DNA of 64,000 bases, taken from the NCBI RefSeq assembly GCF_009834535.1, contig NC_045697.1, positions 33,172,001-33,236,000 on the forward strand, in the 5' to 3' direction. Shown here piece after piece: positions 26,725 through 39,230 of this stretch. Numbering within the stretch: position 1 is the first letter of the stretch; each line of letters begins with the position of its first letter. The notes beneath the pieces were generated by a model. It did no database searches. It was not told the origin of the DNA and worked only from the letters and a program-made list of their open reading frames with translations. A program made the translations under genes and the position numbers. Source of the DNA: Camelus ferus. Taxonomy: Eukaryota.

Positions 26725-26950
26725 TTTGCCAAGTTGCCTGGGTTTATAGTCCATCCTCAATATTTACTAGCTCTATGAATGTAGAAAGTAACTTAATGCA
26801 TTTGAATTTGTGTTCTTGCTTGAAAAAAAGTGATAAAAACAGTATCTATCTCAAAAGGCTATTAAGATAATTAAAAAGGTTAATACACAAGAACTGTTGT
26901 TGTAATGGTATCTGGTACAAAGCAGTCATTTAATAAATGTTGTTATTATT
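26725..26950 (+). mobile_element. MIR SINE
   Basis: tgcctgggttta...tttactagctctatga...aagtaacttaa...cagtatctatctcaaaaggctatt. Confidence 0.65.
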
Positions 26951-27707
26951 GGTAGTAGTATTGGTAGTTGTTTTAAGATAAGTAAAATCCTGGAAAAAAA
27001 AGCAATTTAGAACATTCAGTATCTCTTATAAATTAAGAAAAAACAGCATCCTTGGACAAAAGATTTCTTGATCAAAAATAATTATACAAGTGGTCCCTTT
27101 CACAAAATGCCTTTAATATTATAAATGAGGATAATTCTCACTGTTAAGTAGTTTTTATTTCTAGGAATAGTAGAATTTCATCCAGCTTTATATCTTGATC
27201 ACAATCATTCATCATCTCCAATACTTACACTTTTTTTTATTGTACAAAGTGTGTGGTATTAGATTTGAAAGACACTTTCTCCCACCATAACAATAATAGT
27301 GGTACCTCTGAGAAATATGAGCTTCAAATAGAATGGTTATAAAATCAGAAGTCCACTCTTATTTAATATAAAAATGATTTCTGACAAGCCAGCTAAGCTT
27401 CAAGAGCAATTCATAAAAACCTGTTCATTTATACAATACAAATTCCAAGCCCTCGATTTTAAATTCTAACTTTTCATTGATTTATGAACTATTTATTATG
27501 AAACATAATTATGATTATTCTTACCACCCCCTGACAGTAACCTCATCTCCTACCAACTCACCCTTTTCTTTACATGAGTAACCTCAACTGCTTCCTCACT
27601 TTTCCACTGCTGTTTATTCTGTGAGGAGTGCTGTTAACCCTGCAAAGTTTCTTCTTATTCTTTTTGTCTTCTGTTCAGTACCACCTTATAGAATATAGAT
27701 TTTTTTT

Positions 27708-27800
27708 GGTGGGTTGTAGCTCAGTGGTAGAGTGCATGCTTAGCATGCACAAGGTCCTGGGTACAATCCCTAATACCTCCGTTAAAAAATAAAAAAAGAG
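27708..27800 (+). mobile_element. tRNA-Ala(AGC)-derived SINE (camelid vic-1 type)
   Basis: ggtgggttgtagctcagtggtagagtgcatgcttagcatgcacaaggtcctgggtacaatccctaatacctcc followed by an A-rich tail. A box intact, B box mutated. Confidence 0.85.
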
Positions 27801-28664
27801 GAAAAAAGTAGTTTTGACCAAATTTTAGGAAGTAGTTTCATCCTCCCATCTTTAATATATTTTCCTATTCTTTATCTCTGTCTTCTGTTTCTTTCATTCC
27901 ATTTAAATCACAATGTAAACAGTTTTTTTTTTGTGAGTTTTAGCTTTTCTTTTTGTAAAGAAGTTAAACTTCACAAAAGAAAGCATAATTTCTGTCTCAT
28001 TCATCCCTTTATCTCTGGAACCTAACATTTGAGCAAATGTCTAGTATGTGTTCAATAAAACCTTGGAAAATGGACAATATAACACATATGCTAATGTGAT
28101 TTCTCATGAATACAAGAAAAGGAGGCATGGCTGTACATAAAAAGCTGAAGGTGGATGGCTTTTCCCCTGTTATGATGTCCCTGAAAGACATCATAAATGT
28201 TTGTCAACATGAAATTAGTCCCAAATTAATTCAATGGTTATATAGAGATAAGCCAGCCATGACACCGATATACATTTGTGAACATTAATTTGATTCTTCA
28301 ATAAGACAATTGTCTCTAAGTATAAAAGCAGTAAATGGGCATGCAATTAAGATTAGTAGATTTAACCACATGTAAATGAAAATGAAAACTTTTGTGTATG
28401 TAAAGTAATGTGAAAGAAAAAATTTTAAAGCAATATAAACCAGGGAAAAATATTTACAATGCAAGTGGCAGCAAAAGGTCAATTTTTGTTATAAATTATA
28501 ATTATAAACATATAATTATATTATAATTTATATTACATATAATAGAAATCATATTAAAAATTTCTAAATTATAAGTTTAATTTCAAATTAGTAAGAACAA
28601 TGTAATTATGTCAAAGATGAGTAAGTAATGGGCCAGAATTATATTTAATATATAAAATAGCCAG

Positions 28665-28885
28665 CAATAATTGAGTTTTTGCCACGTACGGTGTTAGAGA
28701 ACTGTGCTCTATGCTTTACACATTGCCTCAATTAATTCTTCCAATAATCCCATGAGGATGGATATTATTAACCCTATCTTTTAGGGGCGGAATCTGAGGC
28801 ACAGAGAGGCTAATTAATTTACTCAACATTAGACACTTAAGCAGTAGAACACAGATTCAAACCAAGAACTGTCTGAATCTGAGTT
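28665..28885 (-). mobile_element. MIR SINE
   Basis: attattaaccctatcttttaggggcggaatctgaggcacagagaggctaattaatttactcaa. Confidence 0.85.
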
Positions 28886-28959
28886 ACCCCGGTTGACTGA
28901 CAATTCTAAAATAGGGAATTTTATAAAGGAAAAAATATAACTTCACAAATACTTACAGA

Positions 28960-29795
28960 ATGCCCCACTTGTTCCCCTATTACTTTGGCATACTCACTTG
29001 TAAATCCACAGCCTAGTTAAATTCGGCCCTCCACCTACTCTACTCCTGATCTTGTGCAGCTGAACACATTTCTGTCAGAATACAAACATGGTGAAATTTC
29101 TCCCATCATTAAAAAAAAGCACCTTTCTTCTTCTGTTAGTAGTTGTCCCACTTATTGGTGCTTTTTTCCAAAACAAAACTCTGAAGATAGTCCTTATGTC
29201 CAACTTCTTCTTTAATGTATTTCCTTCCTAAATTTACTCATCTGGTTCTGACTTTTCCACTCTTCAGAAACTACTCTTATTCAAGTTGACCATGACCTTC
29301 ACGTGGCTAAGTTCACTGGTAAACTTCCAGTTATCATTTTAGACCATTCTGTAGCATTTAACAGAGACAAATACGCCTCTTCTAGATACACTTGGCTTTC
29401 AGGATACACCACACTCTTGATTTTCCTACTGCCCCAACATTGTTTCTTCTAATAATCTTTTGTTGTGTGTTTTTCTTCTCTTCAATCACTTAATGGTTGA
29501 ATGCCCCAAGGTTTAGTTGGACCTTTATCTTTTCTGTATAAATTTAGTGCCTTGGGTATCCCATCTAGTCTCATCATTACATGCTAGATATTTCCAGTCT
29601 AGACTGCTCACCTGGACACCAGATTATATATAATCTCATTACCTTTACTGAGACATCTCATGGCTTTCCAAACTCAACATATCTACAACTCAGAAAAACA
29701 GTGATTCTCTCTTTAATTTTCGTATCAGGTGAAAGAAACTACATCTTTCAGTTACTCAGATAAAAAAAAATCTTGAGGTCATATTAATTCCATTC
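28960..29795 (+). mobile_element. L2 (L2a-like) body, resumes at ~30345-30415 after an L1 insertion
   Basis: gaaactactcttattcaagttgaccatgaccttcacgtggctaa...cttggctttcaggatacaccacactcttgattttcct. Confidence 0.8.
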
Positions 29796-29809
29796 TTCTA
29801 AAATTTTTA

Positions 29810-30342
29810 AAATTCTATTTATTATGGTAAGAATACTTAACATAAGAATTACTCTGAGTGAATTTGTTCAGTGTATTTATTGTTGACTTATAGGTAAAAT
29901 GTTGTGCAGCCAATGTCTAGAGCTTGCACATCGTTCTTAACTGAAAATGTATGCCCAGTTACTAGTGACTTCCCATTTCCCTCTTCTCTCAGCCCCTAGA
30001 AACCATCGTTCCACTCTTTGATTCTATTTTTGATACTTCATCTAACTGAAATCATGCAGTATTTATTTTCTGTGACTAGCTTATTTCACTTGTCTTGACA
30101 TCTACAGGTTTATCCAGATTGTTACATACTGCACAATGCCCTTCTTTTTTAAGGATGAATAATATTCTATTGTATGTATATACCACATTTTCTTCATTCA
30201 TCTGTTGATGGACATCTACATCTTGGCTATTGTAAATAGTGCTGCAAAGGCCAAAGAAATGTTAATATACTTTTTGAAAACTTGATTTTGATTCTTTTGG
30301 ATAAACATTCAGAAAGAAGTGGGATTGCTGGATCATATGGTA
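29810..30342 (-). mobile_element. L1MA-type 3' end inserted in L2
   Basis: gaataatattctattgtatgtatataccacattttc...catcttggctattgtaaatagtgctgcaa...gggattgctggatcatatggta. Confidence 0.9.
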
Positions 30343-30419
30343 CTTAACTGTATTTCTCTTAAACTTCCCATCCAACCTATCATGAAATCTACTGTGGCTG
30401 CACCTTCAAATATATCCTG

Positions 30420-32090
30420 AGATTTGAGACCTGTGAATGTATAATTTTCATTAAATTTGGAAACTTGTCAGTCGTTATGTCTTTACATTTTTTTCAGACC
30501 CTCTCTGCTTGAATTTATCCCACTTCTGCTCTTTCAGTTTTTAAATTCTTTTTCCTTTGTGTGATTTATTTTGCATAGCTTCTACTGCTGTGTCTTTAAT
30601 TTCACTAAGCTTTTCTTCTTCCATGCCTAATTAAACCCTATTATATATTAATGCCATAAATCCCATCCAGTGTATCTTTGATTGGAGTTTTTACATCTAG
30701 AAGTTTGATTTGGATCTTATTTGTATCATCTGTGTCCCTACCTAACTATTTGACAGTATGTAACATGGTTATAATGTCCCTTTCTGATGATCTAAAATTC
30801 ATGTCAGTTTTCACTGGTTGATTATTCTCTCCATTGTAGGCTGTGTTCTATTGCCTTGAGTAATATTTGATTGAATACAAAACATTATGCATTTGTTAAC
30901 CAAAATTTCAGAATCAAAGACCTGATCAAAATAAAGAGGCATTTATTAGAGGTTTGTTAGGACTACAGCCTGGGAGCCACAGATTCAGGAAGTACTTGAA
31001 TTGTGTTCTGCTGGACTACAAAATGAAGAAAGCTTATGAAGGCAAAAACCACAAGGCCACAGTTAGGTACATGAGATGTTTATAAAGAATTCTAATTGGA
31101 GCTGGCAGGAAGTAAGAATTCTTGTTAAGCAAGAATTGATAGGGGTTCCAAATGTTTGCATAGTTATAATGGGGAACAATCTTGAGACCACAAGGTCACA
31201 GCTAGCCGATGTTTTAAAAATGATTGTTAGTGTCCTTGCATATGGTACAGTTCACAGAAAGTTCAAATTCTCAGTGGTATAGGGACATGTCTGAGACCAG
31301 GTCTTCCATGGCCACCCAACTCCATTTTGTATGCCTGAACCATGATTACTCCATTATGATTTCAAACTGTCTCAAATTTTACCTTGAGAGTGCTGGATAT
31401 TTTTGCATCCCTATAAATCTTAAGCTTTGTTCTGGGATGTAGTTAATTTACTTGAAAACAGTTTGATTATTTCAGGTCTCACTTCTATGATTTTTTAGGT
31501 GGGTTCTAAGCAAGGATCAGTCTATGGCTAATTATCTGTGAGTACTGAGGCAAGACCTTTTTGACTTCTCTATTCAATGCTCTGTGAATTATGAGTTTCT
31601 CTAGTCCAGCTCTTGAGAAAAGGCATCGAGAACATCCCTGTGTGAGAGCTGGGAAGTGTTCCCTCTGTCTGGATAGTTCTTTCCCTAAACTTGAGTAGAT
31701 TCCTCATATATTTGCTCTGATGGGTAACTTTCAGAACACTCCAGATTACCTTTTGCTGATTTGCAGAGTTATCTCCCTCTGTGTACCCTAGGAACCATAG
31801 CTGACTTGGCTTCTCTGGAATCTCAGTTCTTTCTCCTCAATTCACAGAATCCTCCAGGCTCACCTTTAGTTGTCACTCCTACACTATGGCCTCTAAACTT
31901 TCTCAAAGCTATAGGGCTCACCTCATTTATTTCCTGTCTCTCAGAAATTACTGTCCTCCATTGTCTGTCTAATGTATTAAAAAATGTTGCTTTATGTATT
32001 TTGTCTATTTGTTTTAGACCTTTCGGATGTGGGAGCAAATCAACATCCCAGTTATTCCAGTTTCAGCAGAAGTGGAAGTTACTCTGTGAC
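30420..32090 (-). mobile_element. Ancient L1M 5'/ORF1 region, interrupted by an LTR
   Basis: ttcattaaatttggaaacttgtcagtc..., atcccatccagtgta..., aattttaccttgagagtgctggatatttttg. Confidence 0.65.
30894..31374 (-). mobile_element. ERV1-class solo LTR (481 bp)
   Basis: TG...CA termini and a 4-bp TSD-like catt/aatt. AATAAA on the minus strand at 30942-30947 near the 3' end. Removing the element rejoins the L1 motif aacattatgcattttaccttg. Confidence 0.75.
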
Positions 32091-32859
32091 TTCTGTAAAA
32101 AGAGAAAATGAAAAGAGGAGTATAATATTTTAAAATATAGCCACATAGCACGTATATGTGTTTCTTAATACAATATTAACTTGCACATTTTTTGAACTAA
32201 GTACTTCATATAACTTTGTTTTCATATTTACTCTTACAATGTTTATATTATTTAAATTTTGCTGAACTGTATCAAAAAAATTACATTCCTTTGAATAAGT
32301 TATAATAAATTAGAAAAATAGTTTCATTTCTCTTACTTTTATTGGCTAGACCAATTACATTTATTTCTTAGGGGTAGAAAGAAAATATATTATCTTTTAC
32401 AATCTGAGATATTTATGTAGAAATAGTTTTTGAGATAATTAAAATTAACTTTTCATCAAGAAATGGTTCTTGTCACCAAATCCTTATATCTAATATTGAA
32501 TGACACTTGGGCAATTTATCAAAATCATGCCCAATTTAAATTAGTTTGTAAAACCCCAGTTGACAGAGATATGGACAAATATGAACAAGGATGATTAATT
32601 TTCAATCAGCAACAATACTCCAGTGTCTTGCTTCATTTGTCAGACTACTAACTCAGAAAAAATTAAAAATGACTTAAGGTAATTTTCTTATTCTTATGTA
32701 AGACTGTCTGAAAAATTATAAAAGGATTAAACCATACATGAAATACAGACACTACAAGAAAATGAAAGTTAATAGATACATTTTGATTGGTGTTGTAAAG
32801 ACAAATCAGTATTTTATGAATGAAAAATAAAGTGCTTTCTGAAGATTCAATGGGAGGTC

Positions 32860-33050
32860 CACTCAACTTGGAAGTGGAAAATCTGTTTGGGCTCAGCATG
32901 TGTTTGAGCTTTGGTGAATTACCTAAACACTGAACGGAAATATCCTCATCTACAAAATCCACAACATTGTTTCTACAAATTTGCTGTGAAGATTAAATGA
33001 GGCGATGTATTTTGCAGAGCTTTATACATGCACACTGGTATAATCATTTT
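32860..33050 (+). mobile_element. MIR SINE
   Basis: tcctcatctacaaaat...tttgctgtgaagattaaatgaggcgatgtat. Confidence 0.7.
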
Positions 33051-33699
33051 GTATTATTAAATCATTTAATATCTACATTGTAATATATAAGATTAATTAA
33101 ATAAACCATGAGTCAGAGCAGCCTGGAAGTCTAACTTCTTAGTGAAAGATTCACTTTATATTGTTTCCCCAGTTAAAAACAATTCTTTATAATATGGAAA
33201 TTCAAATGTCATTTCATTCTCATTGTCAACGAGTATTAAACAACACATGTTGTTCCAGTTTTAAACTGTCATTTACAGTTTAATAAATAACCAACCAATT
33301 TTCACTATTCAGCATTGTACATGGAGGTTATTTATGCTATATATATATAATATGTACCCTATAAACTCTCATATATTTAAGTTACTGAATATTTCTAGAT
33401 GTTAAAACTATAAACTTTGCTCAAATAGAAATAAGACCTTAAAAAAGAAATCATTTACACACAAAAGAAATCATTTACAAACAAAAGACAACCAAAACAA
33501 TATGAGACGAAGTTCCCTAGGGAATGATAGACTAGGAAATGTGAAGGGAATCTTAATATAACTAGATCCTACTCAAAACATTATTTTAATGAATGTCTGG
33601 ACTCCTACAAAAGAAAAAAACAAACAAAAAAATCCCTGTGGAATAGCTCTCCTACTTGAAAAGCAAATGCAGATAAACAAAAACCAGTAAGCTAAAAGG

Positions 33700-36080
33700 T
33701 GAATGAAGCAGCTGGGAAGAAATACTAGTATCAACTCAGAGACTGAACCTTGAATCTTAGTTAAAGTGCTGTGTATCCTATATTTAGCCTCTTTAAAAGG
33801 GCCAAAGTTATCTCAGGAAAGTAGTACACTTGGAGGCCTGCAGGAGCAAATGCAGATTTTTTCTGGAAAAAAAGAAACCCAATGTGGGTTCTCTGGATTC
33901 CCACAGATTGAAGTGCAAATTATTTTACTCATAAACGAAGATCATCAAACATATAAGACAACATGGAACTATTCGAGTCAGAGAAACTAATTGAAGAAAC
34001 ATTCTTAATTAATTTAGATCTCCTATAACACTTCATATAATAGAACATAAAAAAATAATAAAAGTAATTATATAGAAAACATTTTTAAAGTAAAAGATAA
34101 AAATACAGAAAAAAGTAGGGAACTGTAAAGTATAAAAAATTCCCAGAGGAATATAAAATTAAAAGAAGGAAATTAAAAAAATATAACCCATAAATATTGA
34201 TACAAAAATGTTAATAGAGGAGTTAAACATATTAGATATAGTTGGAAAAAAAATATAGTGAACAGAAAGATCTAAGGAAATAATCCAGAATGCAGCACAG
34301 AAAGGCAAAAGAGGAAATTATGAGGGAAAAAAATGAATCAATATAAAGAATAGAGTGTGGTATTTTAAGTATATCTAATCAAACTATTAGAAAGGAGATT
34401 AGAGAAAATAGGAGAAATCTAATACTTGAAGAGATGATAACTGAGTATACCCTAGTGACAAACCCACAGACATAGAAAGCATAAGATATTCTAAACAGGG
34501 TGAAAAAAAAAAAACTGTATAAACCAGAGAACATTAAATACGAAGATATGATCCTAAAAGAAGTAAGAAGTATTGAAATCAAACTTCTTACCAGAAACAG
34601 TGTAAGCCAGAGAACATAGCAAAGGTTATAAAATATTTGAGAAAAAAAATTTTAAGGAAAAATATACCTTAAGAGTAAAGGTGATATATTTTGGAGAGAG
34701 TTCCTACTGACAGAAATATATGAAAAGACTTTCTACAAAATGTAGAAAAAGAGGAAATGAATTTGGAGAAGATGTGAGAGCACAGAAAGGATAGGGATCC
34801 ACTAAAAGAATAAAAATATGAATGAAAAAGTAAGAATAGAAAAAGAATGCATAAGAAAATAGAAAGTATAACCTCTAAATGTATAAAAAGGAAAAAGTAG
34901 AATTTAAAAGAAGAAAACTTCAGGTATTAAAAAAAAAGGGTAGAAAAGAAAAATGTTACAGGAAGAGAGGGATAAATAGGAGTCAAAAGAATACAAAAAT
35001 AGAAATAAATCCAAATCTATTTTTTAGAACTGTCAATAAGCAAAAATGGAATACGTTTAATATTTAAGAACAATTTTCAAAACTGATTAAAAATATCCAG
35101 CTACATGTTTGTAAAAAACAGCTTATTTAAAACATAAGGATAATTTAAAGACATAAAGTAAAAAAACAAAGAAAAAAAATTGATTCAGGAAAAATATTTA
35201 CCAAATGAAAATTATATTAAATTCAGGCAACATATTTTAAGATAATCTTCATTAGGAGTAAATAAGATTACTACCAAGCTTAAGATGCTTATTTCACCAA
35301 GAAGATAAGATAATTGTGAATCCATATGCCTGTAATAAAACAGCCTCAATTATAGAGAGCAAAAATTGATAAAACTAAAGGAAAAAATTATAAACACACA
35401 GTCATAATTTTCTCAGATGAAGTAGAGAAAATTTTTTATAAATATTTATACATTTTGAACAACACAATTTTGTTTGAAAAGTTTGAACTCCCCTCCCAGT
35501 ATTTAAACAATAAACATTCTCCATACACTCATAAAGCAAGTATCAATAGTCAGAAAGAAATCTGTAATCAACATAATACATTTTAACTCAACTTGTTAGA
35601 AATCAACAGTAAAAGATAAATAAAAATTCCCGATTATTTTGTAAACTTTTTAAAAGTACACTTCTTAGTAACTATGAGTAAAGAAAGAAATCACCCTAAA
35701 GGAAATTTAAAATTAGTTATAGTGGAATAATGAAACTATTACACAGGAAATTTGTAAAATGAAGTAAAAATAATATTTTGAAGGTAATATATGACCACCA
35801 GTATTTATATTAGAAGAACAGAAAACTTCAAAATTAAAAAGTCCAATGTTTAAATGAAGAAGGTAGCAAAAGAATAAAACATAAGAATTGCTGGGGGAAA
35901 AAAATAAAGGTAATAACAGAAATAAACAAAAAAAGAAACTTAGTGGTCCCTCCCTGCCAGTAGTTGTGGAACCTGTGGATATAGACGTATGCATATGAAG
36001 AGAGATCATCTCCAAAGCCAAAAGCTTTGTTCGTTCTTATAAAATATTAATAAAATTAGAAAACTTCCAGTTAGATTTCT
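33700..36080 (+). mobile_element. Degraded ancient L1 (ORF1 and 5' ORF2)
   Basis: Strong A bias with residual motifs gatctaaggaaataatccagaatgcagcacaga and atgagtaaagaaagaaatcac. Confidence 0.7.
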
Positions 36081-36089
36081 ATCGTATTA

Positions 36090-36500
36090 GAATCCTTACT
36101 ATTGGCTAGGCACTTGGTGGCCTAGAATAATTATTACACTTTTCAGCGTCTCTGGTAGCTAGTTTTGCCCATGTGATTAAGTTTTGAGCAATTAGATGAA
36201 AGCAGCATCCTCCTTATAAGACAGTTGGCACATGCCACATTCCCTTTTCCTTTCTCCGTATTGCCTTCCTTCTGGCTGGATGGAAACATGATGGGTGGGG
36301 TTAAAGGAGCCATCTTAGTCCATGAAGTGCTTTTGGGAGTGGAGGCAGAGAAACGGTGAAAAGGCTAGGGGACAAATCCCTGGAGACTTTAGAAGCAAAG
36401 CCCTTAATTCAGTCCTGATCTGCCTGCCTTCAGACCTAAACAGAAGTAAATTAATGTATTTTTGTCTTGTCACTGTTGTTTTTAGTCACCGCTTACTTGC
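36090..36500 (+). mobile_element. LTR33-like ERVL LTR
   Basis: gtagctagttttgcccatgtgattaagttttgagcaattagatg...ggagccatcttagtccatga. Confidence 0.6.
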
Positions 36501-37261
36501 TGACAAAGAATTTTGCAGGAGGAAAAGACTCTCCAATAGATACGTCTATTTTTCAATTAAAAATGAGGTGAATCATCAAATGGGAATGAATTTGGTTGAG
36601 GGGATGAAGTTGAAGATCTGATCAGAGAGGAGAAATAAAATAATCATTTCATAAAGGAAGCATGTCAGAGAACAAGCTGGTATTGACAGAGAATTTTCAG
36701 TGACCTTTGGTGGTGACACTGATTTAAATTGTACCAATTTGCCAAGTAGTGTAGCTTTTCTCCAGCATGTTTCAAATGTTTGGGTTGAAGTACAGAGAAG
36801 GCTGATATTTCAAAACAACCAAATATGGATTTTGCCAGGAAAGTATTAAGGAGAGAAAATGTGGCAAAACATTGAGGGTCTTTGCCAAGTATTTATTATA
36901 ATAAAAGGAGCATAGGACCTAGATCAGCACAAAAGGAAAAATAAGTAAGGAAATTGTGAGGTCAGTAGACTGTGGATCTTAATGAAGGTCAAGAATTTTG
37001 TAGATACACAGGCAGGGATATGGACATTTTGAAGTTCATTATCTGAGAGTGAAACGATTTCATTCAAGATATTCTAACTTCTCTCCGACTGCTCAGTTCA
37101 AAGATCTTTTTTCCCCCCTTGGAATTGCTAAAAACAAAAGATAGGACAAACTGTCTTATGCAGTTAAAAATAAAAGCAGTATTGTTTAATGAGAAAAATT
37201 TAAAACTTTCCCAAAAAAAAGAAAGAAAATGATCTCCAGAGAAACCCACTCCCAATGGCTG

Positions 37262-37323
<62 letters not shown>
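37262..37323. repeat. (TATC)15 / GATA tetranucleotide microsatellite
   Basis: 15 perfect TATC units, directly visible. Confidence 0.98.
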
Positions 37324-38559
37324 GTCTTCTTGAGGTATAGAACCACTTTTGCCTAAAGAATCATCCGAGAAATTAATACAGACATGCATGATGCTAATAA
37401 AAATATAAACATTCCCATTATCCAAACTTTCATTAAGTGAACTCACAAACCTAACAGAACTGAGTATATTTTTTTCATAGATTCTTGTGAAGGAAACTAT
37501 ATCCTTTACTATCTAAACACTTACTACCTGAACTCTCCTTGATATTTGAAATGGGGAGTCACATATGTCTTCATAGTAGGGGAATCCATTTAGGTATATA
37601 TGTTACATTTTTCTTTTGATCTTCAATCTAATTTTTCATTCCAAATGTTTTGTACTATGTTATTAATAAACTTTGTAAAATATTTTAATATTATCCTCCA
37701 GAGCTTTTCTTTACCTCTCCATTTACTGTATCTGATATATTCAGTGATATCCTGCTGGCTTCAGTCTTAAGCTTTCTGCCTCCTCAAACGTTTTTAAGCC
37801 ATTTCTCTTTGGTTCTTCGTTTGGCTATTTTTTTAAAAGGTAGTCTTAAAAAAAATTAAAAATACATAGAAAATCTATTTTTCTGAAGTGTTTTCATGCA
37901 AAATGGCTTGTAAGATTTCAAACAGTTGCATATGTCAGAAGTCATTTTCAAAGAGTGATCTTTAATGTGCAGAGGTGGTCAGGCTTGGCTGATATTGCTA
38001 CTATTAATGGATATCTATGGCTCTTTTGTATTTCCCAGGTGGGGTTCATTAGCATTGCCAAGTGATTTAAATTATTATGAACATAATTTCAGATGGTTGA
38101 AAGTCTACAGACAAAGGAAGATCATAAATTGTAATACATGATTATAGGAGTTAATTTCATTCCAAGTGGAATTAGGATTCTTGAAACAGACATAAGCTTT
38201 AACCTCCTTGTTATTTGCATTAAAAAGAGAAGCAAAAAAAAAAAAAAAAGCCACATCAGTATAATGTATAGAGCATGAAGAATTATGGACTTTGAGAATT
38301 TATTAAAGGCATGATTTAAAATGAGCTACAGAAATCACAGGCATCCATAGGCTATTAGTCTCAGACACATTGGACAGAACCTAAAAGATAAACTGTAGCC
38401 AGACACCAAATGAATATACTTCATATCAATAGGCATTGTTCTATGCTTTTTAAACATAATGACATTTAATTTAAAGTTCTAATATAACACAAAGACAAAA
38501 GTAACTCTGGGAAGGATAAAAATAATTCACAGAAGAAGCTACAGGCAAAGCTGTGTCTT

Positions 38560-38565
38560 TTTAAA

Positions 38566-38596
<31 letters not shown>

Positions 38597-38675
38597 GATG
38601 AAGTCCTGGGTTCAGTCCCCATGCATACTAAGCATGTGCTCTAGCACTTGAGCTATGTCTCCCCTATCCCTCCCC
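38560..38675 (-). mobile_element. tRNA-Ala-derived SINE (vic-1 type) with internal rearrangement
   Basis: Minus strand reads ggggagggataggggagacatagctcaagtgctagagcacatgcttagtatgcat... with an (AAAT)n tail. 10-bp TSD gctgtgtctt at 38550-38559 and 38678-38687. Confidence 0.88.
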
Positions 38676-38779
38676 AGGCTGTGTCTTGAGTTCTGAAAGT
38701 GTTTGCAACAGGCAGAGATGAGTGGAAGATGGAACACATGGCAAGGAGATGGGGAATCACATAAAAAGTCACAAAGAAG

Positions 38780-39230
38780 GAACATACAACCCATTTGGGG
38801 GGTCAAGAAATCCTCCACTGCAGATAGAGGATAAAGTGCTTTAAGGAAAGAGAAAATAAAATAGCAAAAAAAAAAAAAAAATAGGGTCTGTAATTCAGGA
38901 TGTGTTCATATTATTATGAAGGACCTTCTATGCTTAGTTTGGATTTTTCTCATTGTGGAATGGTTAGCTATTAAGCAGTACCTTGAAGTGATCAGATTTG
39001 GATTTTAGAAAGAAACCTCTGCTGGTGAGATGGAGGCTGAGTCGGAATAGAGAGAGACAAGGCAAGGGATTTGTTCAAGAGGCAAAGGAAAGGAGACAGA
39101 GGCCCAAGTGAGGGGAGTGGCATTAGGGGTGAAGGAAAGGGAAAGGGTCCAAGGGACACTTCAAAGAAAGAAGAGACAAGAACTGATGAAGGACTGAACA
39201 TGAGAGTGGGGTAGGGGGAATAGAAACAAC
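38780..39230 (-). mobile_element. L2 fragment
   Basis: gtgatcagatttggattttagaaagaaacctctgctgg is a typical antisense L2 motif. Confidence 0.65.

Noticed and set aside
27708..27781. Possible tRNA-Ala(AGC) gene
   Set aside because: The acceptor stem pairs poorly, the T-loop GTTCRA is mutated to GTACAA, and an A-tail follows. This is a SINE, not a functional tRNA.
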